Source of the DNA: an uncultured Phycisphaerales bacterium | GTDB lineage: Bacteria; Planctomycetota; Phycisphaerae; Tepidisphaerales; Tepidisphaeraceae | NCBI GenBank assembly: GCA_963758525.1 | Contig: CAVWVQ010000003.1 | Span: 4,096,001 to 4,160,000, forward strand | Reading direction: 5' to 3' | DNA length: 64,000 nucleotides | Part shown: piece after piece, positions 1 to 11,004 of the stretch | Layout: every line of letters begins with the position of its first letter | How positions within the stretch are numbered: the first letter of the stretch is position 1 | Position numbers and translations under genes: made by a program | Notes under the pieces: generated by a model | What the model was told of the DNA's origin: nothing | The model's input: the letters and a program-made list of their open reading frames with translations, nothing else | Database searches by the model: none

Positions 1-1
1 C

Positions 2-196
2 ATGCTCACCATCAAGGGCATCTACGGCCGCGAGATGTACGAAACCTGGTACAAAATGACCGTGATGCTGCAGAGCGGCCTGGACATCGAGCCGGTCATT
101 ACCCATCGGCTGCACTACACCGAGTTCCAGAAGGGATTCGACGCCATGCTCTCGGGCCAGAGCGGCAAGGTCGTGCTCACCTGGAGCGAAGGCTAG
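2..196 (+). CDS. tdh: L-threonine 3-dehydrogenase, C-terminal part (runs off window start)
   Basis: [15 protein letters not shown]...ITHR...[14 protein letters not shown] is the Tdh C-terminus; directly upstream of kbl. Confidence 0.93.
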   Translation: MLTIKGIYGREMYETWYKMTVMLQSGLDIEPVITHRLHYTEFQKGFDAMLSGQSGKVVLTWSEG

Positions 197-199
197 CCT

Positions 200-1381
200 A
201 TGTCCCCCGCATTTGAGGAATATCTTCGCCGTACGCTCTTGGAGATCGACGCCAACGGGCTGCGCAAACGAGAGCGTGTGATCACCACGCCGCAGAGCGC
301 GCACGTAAAAGTGGACGGCGGCAAGCCGCTGCTGAATTTGTGCGCCAACAACTATCTCGGCCTTGCCGATCATCCGCGGTTGATCGCAGCGGCCAAGAAA
401 GCGCTCGACGAATGGGGCTTCGGGCTCGCTTCCGTGCGATTCATCTGCGGCACCCAGCAGATCCACCGCCAACTCGAAAAGGCGATCAGCGCTTTCCTGG
501 AGACCGATGACACGATTCTCTATTCCTCCTGCTTCGACGCCAACGGTGGATTGTTTGAAACGCTTCTGAGTGAAGCCGATGCGGTGATCTCCGATGAGCT
601 GAACCACGCCTCGATCATCGATGGAATCCGCCTGTGCAAGGCGAAGCGCCTGCGTTATCGCAACAACGACATGGCCGACCTGGGCGGCAGGCTTGCCGAG
701 GCCAAGGATGCGCGGTTCAAGCTGATTGCCACCGATGGCGTCTTCTCGATGGACGGCCGCATCGCCAATCTCGCTGCGATATGTGATCTGGCTGACAGCG
801 CCGGCGCGCTGGTGATGGTGGACGACTCGCACGCCGTCGGCTTCATGGGAAAGACCGGCCGCGGGACGCACGAGCATTGCGGTGTGGTGGGGCGGGTCGA
901 CGTTTTTACCGGGACACTCGGCAAGGCGCTGGGCGGCGCCAGCGGCGGATATGCCAGCGGCCGTCAGCCGATCATCGACCTGCTCCGGCAACGGTCGCGA
1001 CCGTATCTCTTCTCCAACAGCGTGGCTCCCTCGATCGTCGGCGCCACGCTGGAGGCATTGACGCTGCTTTCCCAATCCACCGCGCTGCGCGACCAACTCT
1101 GGGACAACACCCGCTTTTTCCGTTCCGCGCTGGCCGAACGCGGATTTGAAATCTCGACCGATGAGCATCCGATCGTGCCGGTCATTCTGGGCGATGCCGC
1201 GCGCGCGGCCAAAGTGGCCGAAGCCATGCTCCAGCGCGGCGTCTACGCCGTCGCCTTTTCCTATCCGGTGGTTCCGATGGGGCGTGCTCGGATTCGTACG
1301 CAAGTCTCCGCGGCTCATTCCCACGATGATCTGCAATTTGCCGCCCAGACATTGGCCGACGCCTGCGCCCAGGTCCCATGA
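200..1381 (+). CDS. kbl: Glycine C-acetyltransferase (2-amino-3-ketobutyrate CoA ligase)
   Basis: [35 protein letters not shown] and TLGKALGG (PLP Lys), [11 protein letters not shown]. Confidence 0.96.
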   Translation: MSPAFEEYLRRTLLEIDANGLRKRERVITTPQSAHVKVDGGKPLLNLCANNYLGLADHPRLIAAAKKALDEWGFGLASVRFICGTQQIHRQLEKAISAFLETDDTILYSSCFDANGGLFETLLSEADAVISDELNHASIIDGIRLCKAKRLRYRNNDMADLGGRLAEAKDARFKLIATDGVFSMDGRIANLAAICDLADSAGALVMVDDSHAVGFMGKTGRGTHEHCGVVGRVDVFTGTLGKALGGASGGYASGRQPIIDLLRQRSRPYLFSNSVAPSIVGATLEALTLLSQSTALRDQLWDNTRFFRSALAERGFEISTDEHPIVPVILGDAARAAKVAEAMLQRGVYAVAFSYPVVPMGRARIRTQVSAAHSHDDLQFAAQTLADACAQVP

Positions 1382-1653
1382 TTCAGAGTCATCGCTTGGA
1401 ACCTGAAGGTCGGACTCCGCATCAGCTCATTACATCCGGTTGCACCTCACCGCAGGCACGACCTAATCGCTCCGGTTTCGCCTGCAGCGGCAAATTTGAG
1501 CCAAAAATCCGCGCTGCACGTTGGCATACCTATAGGTAGTATCATTTCAACCCGTGTTGATGGAGCAACCGATGGAAGACGATGGCATTGGATGCCGAGA
1601 CATTGAAGCGCTGGGACGAACCAGACGCATATTGTTGTCCATTCTATTGTGTC

Positions 1654-2352
1654 ATGAAAAAAATCAACGTGCTTATCGTTGATGGTCGGAAGCTGGCGAG
1701 GGAAGGCGTTGTCGCACTGCTGAAGCACCAGGACATTCGAGTCGTCGGCGAAGCGGGTGAAGTGCAGGACGCTGCAAGGCTGATCAGTCCCCTGCGGGTG
1801 CAGGTCGCCGTGCTCAATGTTGGGCCGTCGCCGCATCTGCCGGCCGCGGCTGTCAGCCATCTGGTGGCGGCGCATCCTGGCGTTCGCGTGATCGTATTGG
1901 CGTGGAGCATTTCGGCGCGGGGTATGCGCGAGCTGCTCAAGGCTGGCGCCGCGGGGTGCTTGACGCGTGAATGCACTTCAGAAGAGCTGATCGCTGCCAT
2001 CCGAACGGTTGCCGCGGGGAAGCTGTATCTGAGCCCCCAACTCACGGACGTGATGATTGAGGGCTACGTCACTAATGACCGGGCGCATCGCGCGCTGCGG
2101 CCGCTGGCGCCGCGTGAGGTGGAAATTCTCCGTCGCATTTCCTCGGGGCAAACCACCAAGGAGATCGCCCATGCGCTGGAGGTGAGTTCGAAAACGGTTG
2201 AAACCCATCGTCGTCGCATCATGATTAAATTGGATTTGCATTCGGTCGCGGAATTAACGCAATATGCGGTAATGGAAGGATTAATCCCTTTCACAGTCGG
2301 GGTATCATCTGTTGCTCTGCGCGAAGCAGCGACAGAACAGTCGCGGCATTAA
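1654..2352 (+). CDS. NarL/LuxR-family response regulator (atypical receiver)
   Basis: Receiver-like N-terminus from ATG 1654; LuxR HTH LAPREVEILR...TKEIAHALEVSSKTVETHRRRIMIKL. Confidence 0.9.
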   Translation: MKKINVLIVDGRKLAREGVVALLKHQDIRVVGEAGEVQDAARLISPLRVQVAVLNVGPSPHLPAAAVSHLVAAHPGVRVIVLAWSISARGMRELLKAGAAGCLTRECTSEELIAAIRTVAAGKLYLSPQLTDVMIEGYVTNDRAHRALRPLAPREVEILRRISSGQTTKEIAHALEVSSKTVETHRRRIMIKLDLHSVAELTQYAVMEGLIPFTVGVSSVALREAATEQSRH

Positions 2353-2384
2353 CAGTATCAGTGCGAACGGCCGATCACTAGAGC

Positions 2385-4193
2385 ATGTCCTTCAGCAGTT
2401 CGTGCCGATTCCACCGCCGTGTGCTCTCCTATTATTGGCCGCACTGGCCACTGCTGGCGGTCTGGTTGCTTCTGATCGGTGTATCGACCGGTGTTGGGCT
2501 TTTGACAGCCTGGCCCATGGCAATCTTAGTGGACGGCGTGCTGTCGCCGCTGGCCAGCGGTGACCGGATCCATCAACTGGTGCTCGCGATTTTGCCGGCC
2601 AGCAAGGCAGGAAAGATCATCGGGCTGGGTGGCATCACCCTCGCGCTCAAGCTGCTTGCGGACTTGATTGGCACGGCACAATCCATCGTCTCCAACCAGA
2701 TCAGTTACTCTGGACTGATCAGCGTCCGCTGCGATGTTTACCGAAAGCTGCAATCGCTCTGTCTCGCCTATCACCATAGCCGGCCGCAGGGCGATGCGAT
2801 TTATCGGCTCAGCAACGACACGCAGGGTTGCCAGACTATTTTAAGTCTGCTGGTTTCCGCGCTCACGGCCGCCGTCACCCTGCTTGCGATGCTTTTTGTA
2901 CTGGGCACCCGGAGCTGGCGATTGACCGCCGTCGCTTTCTCCATCGCGCCTTTTCTAGCGGGGGCCAACTTCATCTTCGCGCGACGATTCAACCAGCGCA
3001 CGGTCGCCTGCCGCGAGGTTGATTCGAGATTCATGACGGCGGTTCAGCGGTCGATCGGGTCGATTCGCCTCGTGCAGGCATTCGCCCGCGAAGACGAAGA
3101 GTTCCAGCAGTTTCGCGGGACCATTAACGATACGATCGCAGCCTGGTGGAGTCTGAACCGCGAACAGTTTCTGTACAACCTCATCGTCGGAGCGCTGTTT
3201 GGCATCGGCGGGGCAATGATCTTCGGTTATGGGGGATTTCTTGTCGTTCGCGGGTCATTGTCGCTTGGCGATCTGCTGGTGTTCACCAGTTACCTCGGCA
3301 TGCTGTGGGGCCCGCTGTGCCAATTGACGGGATTCAGCGCCAGCGTGCAATCGGGCGCTGCCTGTGCGACTCGCGTCTTTGAAATTCTCGACAGTGATCC
3401 CGTCATCGCCGACTTGCCCAATGCCATTCCGCTGCCGCCCAAGCTTCGCCGGCTCGAACTGGACGGAGTCACGTTTGGTTATGACCCGCAAAGGCCGGTA
3501 CTGCGCGAGGTGTCGTTGGCGATCGAACCGGGGCAACTGGTCGCCTTCGTCGGCGCCAGCGGCGTCGGCAAGAGCACCCTGCTGAATCTCCTGCCGCGTT
3601 TTTACGATCCAACGCAAGGCAGCATCCGCCTGGATGGAACGGATCTGCGCAACCTGCGAATAAAAGATCTCCGGAAAAACGTCGCGCTGGTGCTGCAGGA
3701 TTCGGTGATTCTCCCGACCAGCATCGCGGAAAACATCAGCTATGGCCGCGCCAACGCCACGCGCGATCAGATCAATGCTGCTGCGGATATGGCTGGCGCG
3801 ACAGAATTCATCGAGCAGATGGAGAACGGCTTCGACACAACAATCGCGGAAGGTGGCGTGAATCTTTCCGGGGGCCAGCGGCAGCGCCTCGCCATCGCCC
3901 GCGCGCTGGTCACCGAGGCGCCGTTTATCCTGTTGGATGAGCCAACCAGTGCTCTCGATCCGCACCACGAACGGCTGATCACAAAGTTGCTTTCATCGCT
4001 CAAACGATGCCGCACCGTGATCGTCGTCACCCACCGTTTAAGCACCACCATCGCCTGCGATCAAATCTTCGCCATGCAGAGCGGACGCATCATCCAGCGC
4101 GGCAACTACTGGAGCTTGATCCAACAGCCCGGCCTGTTTTGTGATATGGCTGCCGACCAACTCAGCGGCGACATTCTTTCCAAAGCCGGGTGA
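2385..4193 (+). CDS. ABC exporter, fused permease and ATP-binding (MsbA-like)
   Basis: N-terminal hydrophobic helices; Walker A GASGVGKS, signature LSGGQRQR, Walker B ILLDEPTSALD. Confidence 0.93.
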   Translation: MSFSSSCRFHRRVLSYYWPHWPLLAVWLLLIGVSTGVGLLTAWPMAILVDGVLSPLASGDRIHQLVLAILPASKAGKIIGLGGITLALKLLADLIGTAQSIVSNQISYSGLISVRCDVYRKLQSLCLAYHHSRPQGDAIYRLSNDTQGCQTILSLLVSALTAAVTLLAMLFVLGTRSWRLTAVAFSIAPFLAGANFIFARRFNQRTVACREVDSRFMTAVQRSIGSIRLVQAFAREDEEFQQFRGTINDTIAAWWSLNREQFLYNLIVGALFGIGGAMIFGYGGFLVVRGSLSLGDLLVFTSYLGMLWGPLCQLTGFSASVQSGAACATRVFEILDSDPVIADLPNAIPLPPKLRRLELDGVTFGYDPQRPVLREVSLAIEPGQLVAFVGASGVGKSTLLNLLPRFYDPTQGSIRLDGTDLRNLRIKDLRKNVALVLQDSVILPTSIAENISYGRANATRDQINAAADMAGATEFIEQMENGFDTTIAEGGVNLSGGQRQRLAIARALVTEAPFILLDEPTSALDPHHERLITKLLSSLKRCRTVIVVTHRLSTTIACDQIFAMQSGRIIQRGNYWSLIQQPGLFCDMAADQLSGDILSKAG

Positions 4194-4433
4194 CTTGCGA
4201 CGAGACTCGGGTTGTGCCCCAGGCTCATGGATGGCGCGCCTTTTCGGAGCCGTCCGTCGTTTTTCCTTACAACACTGTCAGCATTCAAGAGCAGCCACCT
4301 CGCCGCAGCTTTCCCGTAGCTCATCATAACGCCATTTCCAAGGGCATTTCCTTACAAGCTTGAAGAACTGGGCACATCGGGAAATGCCCCCGACCCGGTT
4401 CGCAGGTACACGTTTTGAGGTGCGTTTGGCGGC

Positions 4434-5552
4434 ATGAGCACACGCATTCTCATTACCGGCGGAGCGGGTTTCATCGGTTCCCACCTGGCTGATGAACTTC
4501 TCAAACACGGCTACCGCGTCCGCGCGCTGGACAATCTCTCGCCGCAGGTGCATGGACCGGAGCAGCGGCGCCCCGAGTATCTGACCGATGATGTCGAGCT
4601 GATCGTCGGCGACGTCCGCGATCCGCAAACGGTGGAGCGATCTCTCGTTGGTGCCGACGCCGTCTATCATCTCGCGGCCGCGGTGGGCGTCGGGCAGAGC
4701 ATGTATGAAGTCGCCGGCTACACCGCCATCAACAATCTGGGCACGGCCGTTCTGCTCGAAGCGCTGATCAAGCATCCGGTGCAGCGGCTGATCGTGGCCT
4801 CAAGCATGAGTATCTATGGCGAGGGGCTGTACCGCGATTCCAATGGCAATCGAATCGGCGGCGCGGAGCGCGGGCTCGATCAACTGAAAAACCACCAGTG
4901 GGAACTGCGTCGTTCGAATCATGAAGTTCTCTCGCCGGTTCCGACGCCGGAATGGAAACAGCCAAGTCTTGCAAGCATCTATGCGCTGTCGAAGTTCGAT
5001 CAGGAGCGGATGGCCCTGATTGTCGGACGGGCGTACGGCATACCGACGGTCGCGCTGAGATTCTTCAATGTTTTCGGCACCCGCCAGGCGCTGAGCAACC
5101 CCTACACTGGGGTCCTCGCGATCTTCGCCTCGCGACTTTTGAACGATCGAGCGCCGGTCATTTTTGAAGACGGGCTGCAACAGCGGGATTTCGTGCACGT
5201 GTCGGACCTCGTGCATGGCTGCCGCCTTGCGATGGAAGTCCCTGACGCCGTCGGCCGCGCCATCAATATCGGCAGCGGTCAGCCGCGCACCGTGCAGCAG
5301 GTTGCGCGAAAGATCGCGTCTGCCATGGGCAGGGAACACATCGAACCGGAGATTTCCGGGAAGTATCGCGTCGGCGACATCCGTCACTGCTTTGCCGACA
5401 TCGGGTTGGCCCGGCGAATGCTGGGCTATGAGCCCAGGGTCAATTTCGACTCGGGCCTCATCGAGCTTGTGCAATGGCTCCAGGGGCAGCACGCGCAGGA
5501 TTCGGTGGAACAGGCGGGATTGGAACTGGTTCGGCGCGGCTTGGCGATTTGA
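4434..5552 (+). CDS. NAD-dependent nucleotide-sugar epimerase/dehydratase
   Basis: TGGAGFIGSH, YALSK (YxxxK), LRFFNVFG, RDFVHV. Confidence 0.93.
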   Translation: MSTRILITGGAGFIGSHLADELLKHGYRVRALDNLSPQVHGPEQRRPEYLTDDVELIVGDVRDPQTVERSLVGADAVYHLAAAVGVGQSMYEVAGYTAINNLGTAVLLEALIKHPVQRLIVASSMSIYGEGLYRDSNGNRIGGAERGLDQLKNHQWELRRSNHEVLSPVPTPEWKQPSLASIYALSKFDQERMALIVGRAYGIPTVALRFFNVFGTRQALSNPYTGVLAIFASRLLNDRAPVIFEDGLQQRDFVHVSDLVHGCRLAMEVPDAVGRAINIGSGQPRTVQQVARKIASAMGREHIEPEISGKYRVGDIRHCFADIGLARRMLGYEPRVNFDSGLIELVQWLQGQHAQDSVEQAGLELVRRGLAI

Positions 5553-5587
5553 ACGTTTGGACATCAATTCTTCGTGTGGACGATGCA

Positions 5588-7735
5588 ATGATTAAACGGC
5601 GTAACAGCAACGGGAAACCAACGCGGCAGTCTCCGCAAGCCCACGCGGGGCGCAAAAGCGGGAGGCTGGGCGTGCTCGAATGGTTCCGCATGGGTGAGCA
5701 TGATCGCGTGGACGAGGTGCTCGATGAGCTGCAAACGCTGGGCGTGAAGGAATTGCGGACCGGCGTCTCCTGGGCCGACGCCTGCACTCCCGAGGGGGAT
5801 GCGTGGTACGCCTGGCTGCTGCCGCAACTGGCGCGGCGTGTGAACGTGCTTCCCTGCCTTGTCGACACGCCTCCCGGTTGGGGCGCGGCGCCGAAAACCA
5901 GCGCTCCGCCAGGCAACCTCAAAAGCTACGCCGATTTCCTGGACATCCTGATCACCCGCCACGGGAAACATTTCGAGTGGATCGAACTATGGAATGAGCC
6001 GAACGATCCACGCAAATGGGACGCGGAGTTGGATCCATACTGGATCAAGTTCAGCGAGATGATCGGCAACGCCGCCCACTGGGCGCGCCAACGGGGCAAA
6101 AAAGCAGTCCTGGGCGGCATGCGGCCGATCGATCCGAACTGGCTCCGCCTGATGGGCGAACGCAATCTGCTCCAATACATCGATGCGGTAGGCATTCATG
6201 CCTTCCCCGGCGCCACTGACGCGGGATGGGACGGTTGGGGTCCCCAGGTGCAGCGCGTCCGCGAAGTGCTTTGTTCTTTCAACCAGGACGCTCAAGTGTG
6301 GATCACCGAAACCGGTTACTCCACATGGAGGCACGATGAGCGGCGCCAGCTTACCGCGTTGGTTGATGCGATCGATGCCCCCGTGGAGCGAGTCTATTGG
6401 TACGGCCTGAGCGATCTCAATCCCCGCGTCGCTACCGGCGACGGTTTCCATGCGGATGAGCGCGATTATCATTTTGGCCTCAAAGGCGCCGATGGGCGCG
6501 AGAAACTGCTCTATCGCCTTTGGGCTTCTGACGGGCTCGATGCGGTGCGCGACGCCTACTGGCTCGGGAAATCCGCGTACGTCGGCGCGGGCACCGATCG
6601 TCCCGTGCTCATCACCGGCGGCAGCGGATTCATCGGAACGAACCTCGCGCACCGCATCATGTCCAGCGGTCAGAGCGTCCTGATCTTCGATAACCTTTCG
6701 CGCCCCGGGGTGGAAAGAAACCTCGCCTGGCTGCGCAAACGCCATCCCGATCTGATGCGCGTGGAAGCCGCTGACGTGCGCGATCCGCATGTGCTCCGCG
6801 CGGCGGTCAACCGCGCCAGCGCAGTCTTCCACTTCGCCGCCCAGGTGGCCGTCACCACTTCACTGGTCAACGCGGTGCATGATTTCGAGGTCAACGCCCG
6901 CGGAGCCCTGAATCTTCTCGAATCGCTCCGCGCCCAGGACAACCCGCCGCCACTGGTGTTCACGAGCACCAACAAGGTCTACGGCGGACTTCCCGACGTC
7001 GCCATGCGCGCCGCGGGCCAACGCTACGAACCCGTAGATGACCAGATCCGCGCGAGCGGCATCAGCGAAGCCCGGCCGTTGGATTTCCATAGCCCCTATG
7101 GATGTTCAAAAGGTTCGGCCGACCAGTACGTGATTGATTACGCCCGCACCTTTGGGCTGCCGGCGGCGGTGTTCCGCATGAGCTGCATCTATGGGCCGCA
7201 CCAGTGCGGCAATGAAGACCAGGGTTGGGTGGCCCACTTCCTGATCCGTGCGCTGGCCGAGGATCCGATCACGATCTACGGCGACGGCATGCAGGTGCGC
7301 GATCTGCTTTTTGTTGATGATCTGGTCAATGCGTTCCTGCTGGCTCAAGCGAGTATGCCGACGATCTCCGGCCAGGCATTCAACATCGGCGGCGGGGCTT
7401 CGAACAGCATCAGTCTGTTGGAGTTGCTCGATCTGATCGAGCAGCTCAATGGCCGCCGCCCCAGGGTGCGATTCAGCGCCTGGCGGCCGGGCGACCAGCG
7501 CTACTACGTATCCAATACGGCCAAGATGCACAACGCCACCGGGTGGAGCCCACGGCTCGATGTGCGCGCGGGCATTGGCCGGCTCAATGATTGGTTCAGG
7601 GCAAAGGTCGCTCCGCGCCAGCGAAAAGCGTTGCCGATGGCGGCGCTGCCCGGCCAGAACGCGTGGGGAGAAGACGGCGCCCCGGCGATGCAGGATCGCA
7701 GCCGGCGGCTGGCGGCGCAGGAGGATGCCCCATGA
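5588..7735 (+). CDS. Fusion of a clan GH-A-like glycoside hydrolase domain and a CDP-paratose 2-epimerase-like extended SDR
   Basis: N-half has ELWNEPN and WITETG; C-half has TGGSGFIG, HFAAQVAVTTS, STNKVYG, YGCSKG, FRMSCIYG; ATG 5588 in frame. Confidence 0.88.
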   Translation: MIKRRNSNGKPTRQSPQAHAGRKSGRLGVLEWFRMGEHDRVDEVLDELQTLGVKELRTGVSWADACTPEGDAWYAWLLPQLARRVNVLPCLVDTPPGWGAAPKTSAPPGNLKSYADFLDILITRHGKHFEWIELWNEPNDPRKWDAELDPYWIKFSEMIGNAAHWARQRGKKAVLGGMRPIDPNWLRLMGERNLLQYIDAVGIHAFPGATDAGWDGWGPQVQRVREVLCSFNQDAQVWITETGYSTWRHDERRQLTALVDAIDAPVERVYWYGLSDLNPRVATGDGFHADERDYHFGLKGADGREKLLYRLWASDGLDAVRDAYWLGKSAYVGAGTDRPVLITGGSGFIGTNLAHRIMSSGQSVLIFDNLSRPGVERNLAWLRKRHPDLMRVEAADVRDPHVLRAAVNRASAVFHFAAQVAVTTSLVNAVHDFEVNARGALNLLESLRAQDNPPPLVFTSTNKVYGGLPDVAMRAAGQRYEPVDDQIRASGISEARPLDFHSPYGCSKGSADQYVIDYARTFGLPAAVFRMSCIYGPHQCGNEDQGWVAHFLIRALAEDPITIYGDGMQVRDLLFVDDLVNAFLLAQASMPTISGQAFNIGGGASNSISLLELLDLIEQLNGRRPRVRFSAWRPGDQRYYVSNTAKMHNATGWSPRLDVRAGIGRLNDWFRAKVAPRQRKALPMAALPGQNAWGEDGAPAMQDRSRRLAAQEDAP

Positions 7736-8751
7736 CGTTGCTGCAAGACGCCCCCGTCTCGACTGACACACAGACCATGCGCGCCGCCGTGATTGCCGCG
7801 CCGCGGCGGCTTGAGATTGTGCAGGTCCCACTCCCCACGCCTGGCCCCAATCAAGTGCGCGTGCGGCTACAAGGCTGCGGCGTTTGTGCTTCAAACATTC
7901 CGCCTTGGGAGGGCAGGCCGTGGTTCAGCTACCCTATGCCACCCGGGTCGCTGGGGCATGAAGGGTGGGGAATCATCGATGCTCTGGGGGATGGCGTGAC
8001 GAAATTTACCGTCGGCGATCGCATCGCATTTTTGTCCGATCGTGCCTATGCCGAATGCGAGCTTGTGCCATTCAACAAAGCCCTCCTGCTTCCCGCATCA
8101 CTTGCAACGACGCCCTTTCCCGGCGAGCCGCTTGGCTGCGCGATGAACATCTTCCGCCGCTGCGAAATCAAGCAAGGGCAAAACGTCGCCATCATTGGGA
8201 TCGGCTTCCTCGGCGCGCTGCTCGTCCAATTGGCTAAAGATGCCGGCGCCCGGGTCATCGCGATCTCCAGACGACGCTGGGCCGTTGATCTGGCGGGCAC
8301 ACTTGGCGCGGATGAGTCAATCCAGCTCGATGAGCAATGGAAAGTCGTCCGTCGCGTCGCTGAGTTAACCGGCGGAAGCGGCGGGTACGACGTGAAAGGG
8401 TTCTGCGATTGCGTCATCGAATGCGCGGGCAAGCAGGAAGCGATCGATCTGGCGGGTGAACTCTGCGGTGTTCGCGGTCGGCTCGTGATTGCAGGTTATC
8501 ACCAGGATGGGCTTCGGCAGGTCAACATGCAGCTCTGGAACTGGCGCGGGCTGGACGTGATCAATGCCCACGAGCGGGAAGAATCCGTTTATCTCCGGGG
8601 AATCAGCGACGCGATCGAGGCCGTGAAAACCGGCCGCCTCGATCCATGCATGCTGTACACCCACACGTTTGCGTTGGAGCAGCTCGGTGAAGCCCTCGAC
8701 ATGGCGCAGGCGCGGCCGGACGGATTCGTCAAAGCCTTGATCTCGTTTTGA
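7732..8751 (+). CDS. Zinc-binding (MDR family) dehydrogenase
   Basis: GCGVCAS, GHEGWG, EPLGC, GIGFLG; ATGA overlap with the upstream stop. Confidence 0.9.
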   Translation: MTLLQDAPVSTDTQTMRAAVIAAPRRLEIVQVPLPTPGPNQVRVRLQGCGVCASNIPPWEGRPWFSYPMPPGSLGHEGWGIIDALGDGVTKFTVGDRIAFLSDRAYAECELVPFNKALLLPASLATTPFPGEPLGCAMNIFRRCEIKQGQNVAIIGIGFLGALLVQLAKDAGARVIAISRRRWAVDLAGTLGADESIQLDEQWKVVRRVAELTGGSGGYDVKGFCDCVIECAGKQEAIDLAGELCGVRGRLVIAGYHQDGLRQVNMQLWNWRGLDVINAHEREESVYLRGISDAIEAVKTGRLDPCMLYTHTFALEQLGEALDMAQARPDGFVKALISF

Positions 8752-8761
8752 TTTCTGAAAG

Positions 8762-9883
8762 ATGATGATGCGCATTTTGCTCACAACAGACACAGTCGGC
8801 GGAGTGTGGACCTACACCACAGATCTGGCCCGCGCGCTGCAGAGGCACGACGTGGAGATCGCTCTGGCGGCCATGGGTGGCCCGCTTTCCGAGGGGCAAC
8901 GCAGGCAGATCGATCTGTTGCCCCACGTGCGTCTGCATGAAAGCGATTTCAAGCTCGAATGGATGGACGATCCGTGGGACGACGTGCGACGGGCGGGGGA
9001 GTGGCTGTTGGAAATAGAGCGCGAATTTCAGCCGGATCTCGTCCATCTCAACGATTTCTCGCATGGCGCCCTGGACTTTTCGACGCCCGTGCTGGTGGTG
9101 GGACACTCGTGCGTGCTTTCGTGGTGGCAAGCATGTAAAGGCGAATCGGCGCCCGCGCGGTGGAATCATTATCGCCAGGCCGTGACGGACGGACTGCACG
9201 GCGCTGATCTGGTCGTTGCCCCAACGCACGCGATGCTGCGCGCTCTCGAGCGACACTATGGACCGCTGCCGCGCCGTTGCGTGATTGCCAACGGACGATG
9301 CGGTGAACCATTTGCAACCACGACCCCCAAGGAGCCGTTGATATTATCCGCCGGGCGCATGTGGGACGAAGCGAAGAACGTCGCCACGCTGCAATCGATC
9401 GCCGGACAATTGCCCTGGCCTGTTTTCATTGCGGGTGATCATCGCCATCCGAACGGGCAACGGGCCAGCGGTCGAGCGGCGAACTTCCTCGGCAGACTCA
9501 ACGAAGGCGCCTTGGCGGCCTGGTACGGCCGAGCGGCGATTTACACCTTGCCGGCGCGGTATGAGCCGTTTGGATTGTCGGTCCTGGAAGCGGCGCTCTC
9601 GGGATGCGCGCTGGTGCTGGGCGACATCGCCAGTCTGCGCGAAAACTGGGATGACGCCGCCGTTTTCGTTCCACCGAGCGACGCGAGAGCGCTGAAGGCG
9701 GCGATTGAACGTCTCATCGCGGATTCCGACCGCCGGGCGCACTTCGCGCAAGCCGGCAAACGCCGGGCTGCACGATTCTCCGCCGAATCTTTCGGCGCCG
9801 CCTGCCTCGCGGCTTACAGGCAACTGATCGAGTCCAATCGCACCCCAACGACCAGCAGACGGGCTATCGCATGCGCATCGTGA
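8762..9883 (+). CDS. Glycosyltransferase family 4
   Basis: DTVGGVWTY N-terminus; EPFGLSVLEAA (E-x7-E) motif. Confidence 0.9.
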   Translation: MMMRILLTTDTVGGVWTYTTDLARALQRHDVEIALAAMGGPLSEGQRRQIDLLPHVRLHESDFKLEWMDDPWDDVRRAGEWLLEIEREFQPDLVHLNDFSHGALDFSTPVLVVGHSCVLSWWQACKGESAPARWNHYRQAVTDGLHGADLVVAPTHAMLRALERHYGPLPRRCVIANGRCGEPFATTTPKEPLILSAGRMWDEAKNVATLQSIAGQLPWPVFIAGDHRHPNGQRASGRAANFLGRLNEGALAAWYGRAAIYTLPARYEPFGLSVLEAALSGCALVLGDIASLRENWDDAAVFVPPSDARALKAAIERLIADSDRRAHFAQAGKRRAARFSAESFGAACLAAYRQLIESNRTPTTSRRAIACAS

Positions 9884-11004
9884 TGTTCTACCACTCGCTT
9901 TTGTCCGACTGGAATCATGGCAACGCCCATTTCCTGCGCGGCATCGCCACTGAATTACTCGCCCGCGGCCATGACGTCCGCGTCTACGAACCCGCCGATG
10001 CCTGGAGCCTTGCGAATTTGGGAAGCGAATATGGCGGCGCGCCGATCGCCGCATTTCACCGGGAATATCCATCGCTGCGAAATGTGAGTCGGCGGTATGC
10101 CCTCCAATCAATCGATCTCAACATCGCGCTGGAGGACGCCGACCTGGTGCTGGTGCATGAATGGAATGCGCACGAACTGGTGGCGCGGATCGGCCAGCAT
10201 CGCCACGATCGTGGCGAATATACGCTGCTGTTTCACGACACGCATCACCGCGCCGTCACCGAGCCCGCAGCGATGGGGAAATATGATCTCACGCATTACG
10301 ACGGCGTGCTGGCCTTTGGGCGAGTGCTTCGCGATTTGTATCTCCAGCGCGGTTGGACCGAGCGCGCCTGGATCTGGCATGAAGCTGCCGACACGCGGCT
10401 GTTCAAGCCAATTACGGGCAAGCCGTGTGAGGGCGATTTGATCTGGATTGGAAATTGGGGCGATGACGAGCGCAGCGCTGAGTTGCACGAGTTTTTGCTG
10501 AAACCCGTCAAGCAGTTGCATCTGAAAGCACGGGTGCACGGTGTGCGCTATCCGCAATGCGCCACGGACGCGCTGAACGATGCCGGTATCCGGTACGCCG
10601 GTTGGCTGGCCAACTTCGCGGCGCCGCAGGCGTTCGCACATTTCAAGGTGACGGTGCATGTTCCTCGCCGGCCTTATGTGCAAGCGTTGCCGGGCATTCC
10701 CACCATTCGCGTATTCGAAGCGATGGCGTGCGGCATTCCGCTGGTTTGCGCCCCCTGGCAGGACATTGAAGGCCTGTTCACTCCGGGGAAAGACTTCCTC
10801 GTCGCCGATGATGGCCACGCGATGAAACGGCATTTGTCGTTCCTGTTGAACGAGCCGGAAGCGGCGAAGGCCATGGCTGCGCACGGGCTGCAAACCGTTC
10901 TGTCGCGCCACACTTGTGCTCATCGGGTTGATGAATTGATGGCCATTGTGGCGGAACTTCGTGCCGCGAAATCGGCGCCGGAGGTTGCATGCGCTCCGGC
11001 CTGA
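9871..11004 (+). CDS. CgeB-family glycosyltransferase
   Basis: SDWNHGNAHFLRG N-terminus; RVFEAMACG and HTCAHRV C-terminal motifs. Confidence 0.85.
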   Translation: MRIVMFYHSLLSDWNHGNAHFLRGIATELLARGHDVRVYEPADAWSLANLGSEYGGAPIAAFHREYPSLRNVSRRYALQSIDLNIALEDADLVLVHEWNAHELVARIGQHRHDRGEYTLLFHDTHHRAVTEPAAMGKYDLTHYDGVLAFGRVLRDLYLQRGWTERAWIWHEAADTRLFKPITGKPCEGDLIWIGNWGDDERSAELHEFLLKPVKQLHLKARVHGVRYPQCATDALNDAGIRYAGWLANFAAPQAFAHFKVTVHVPRRPYVQALPGIPTIRVFEAMACGIPLVCAPWQDIEGLFTPGKDFLVADDGHAMKRHLSFLLNEPEAAKAMAAHGLQTVLSRHTCAHRVDELMAIVAELRAAKSAPEVACAPA

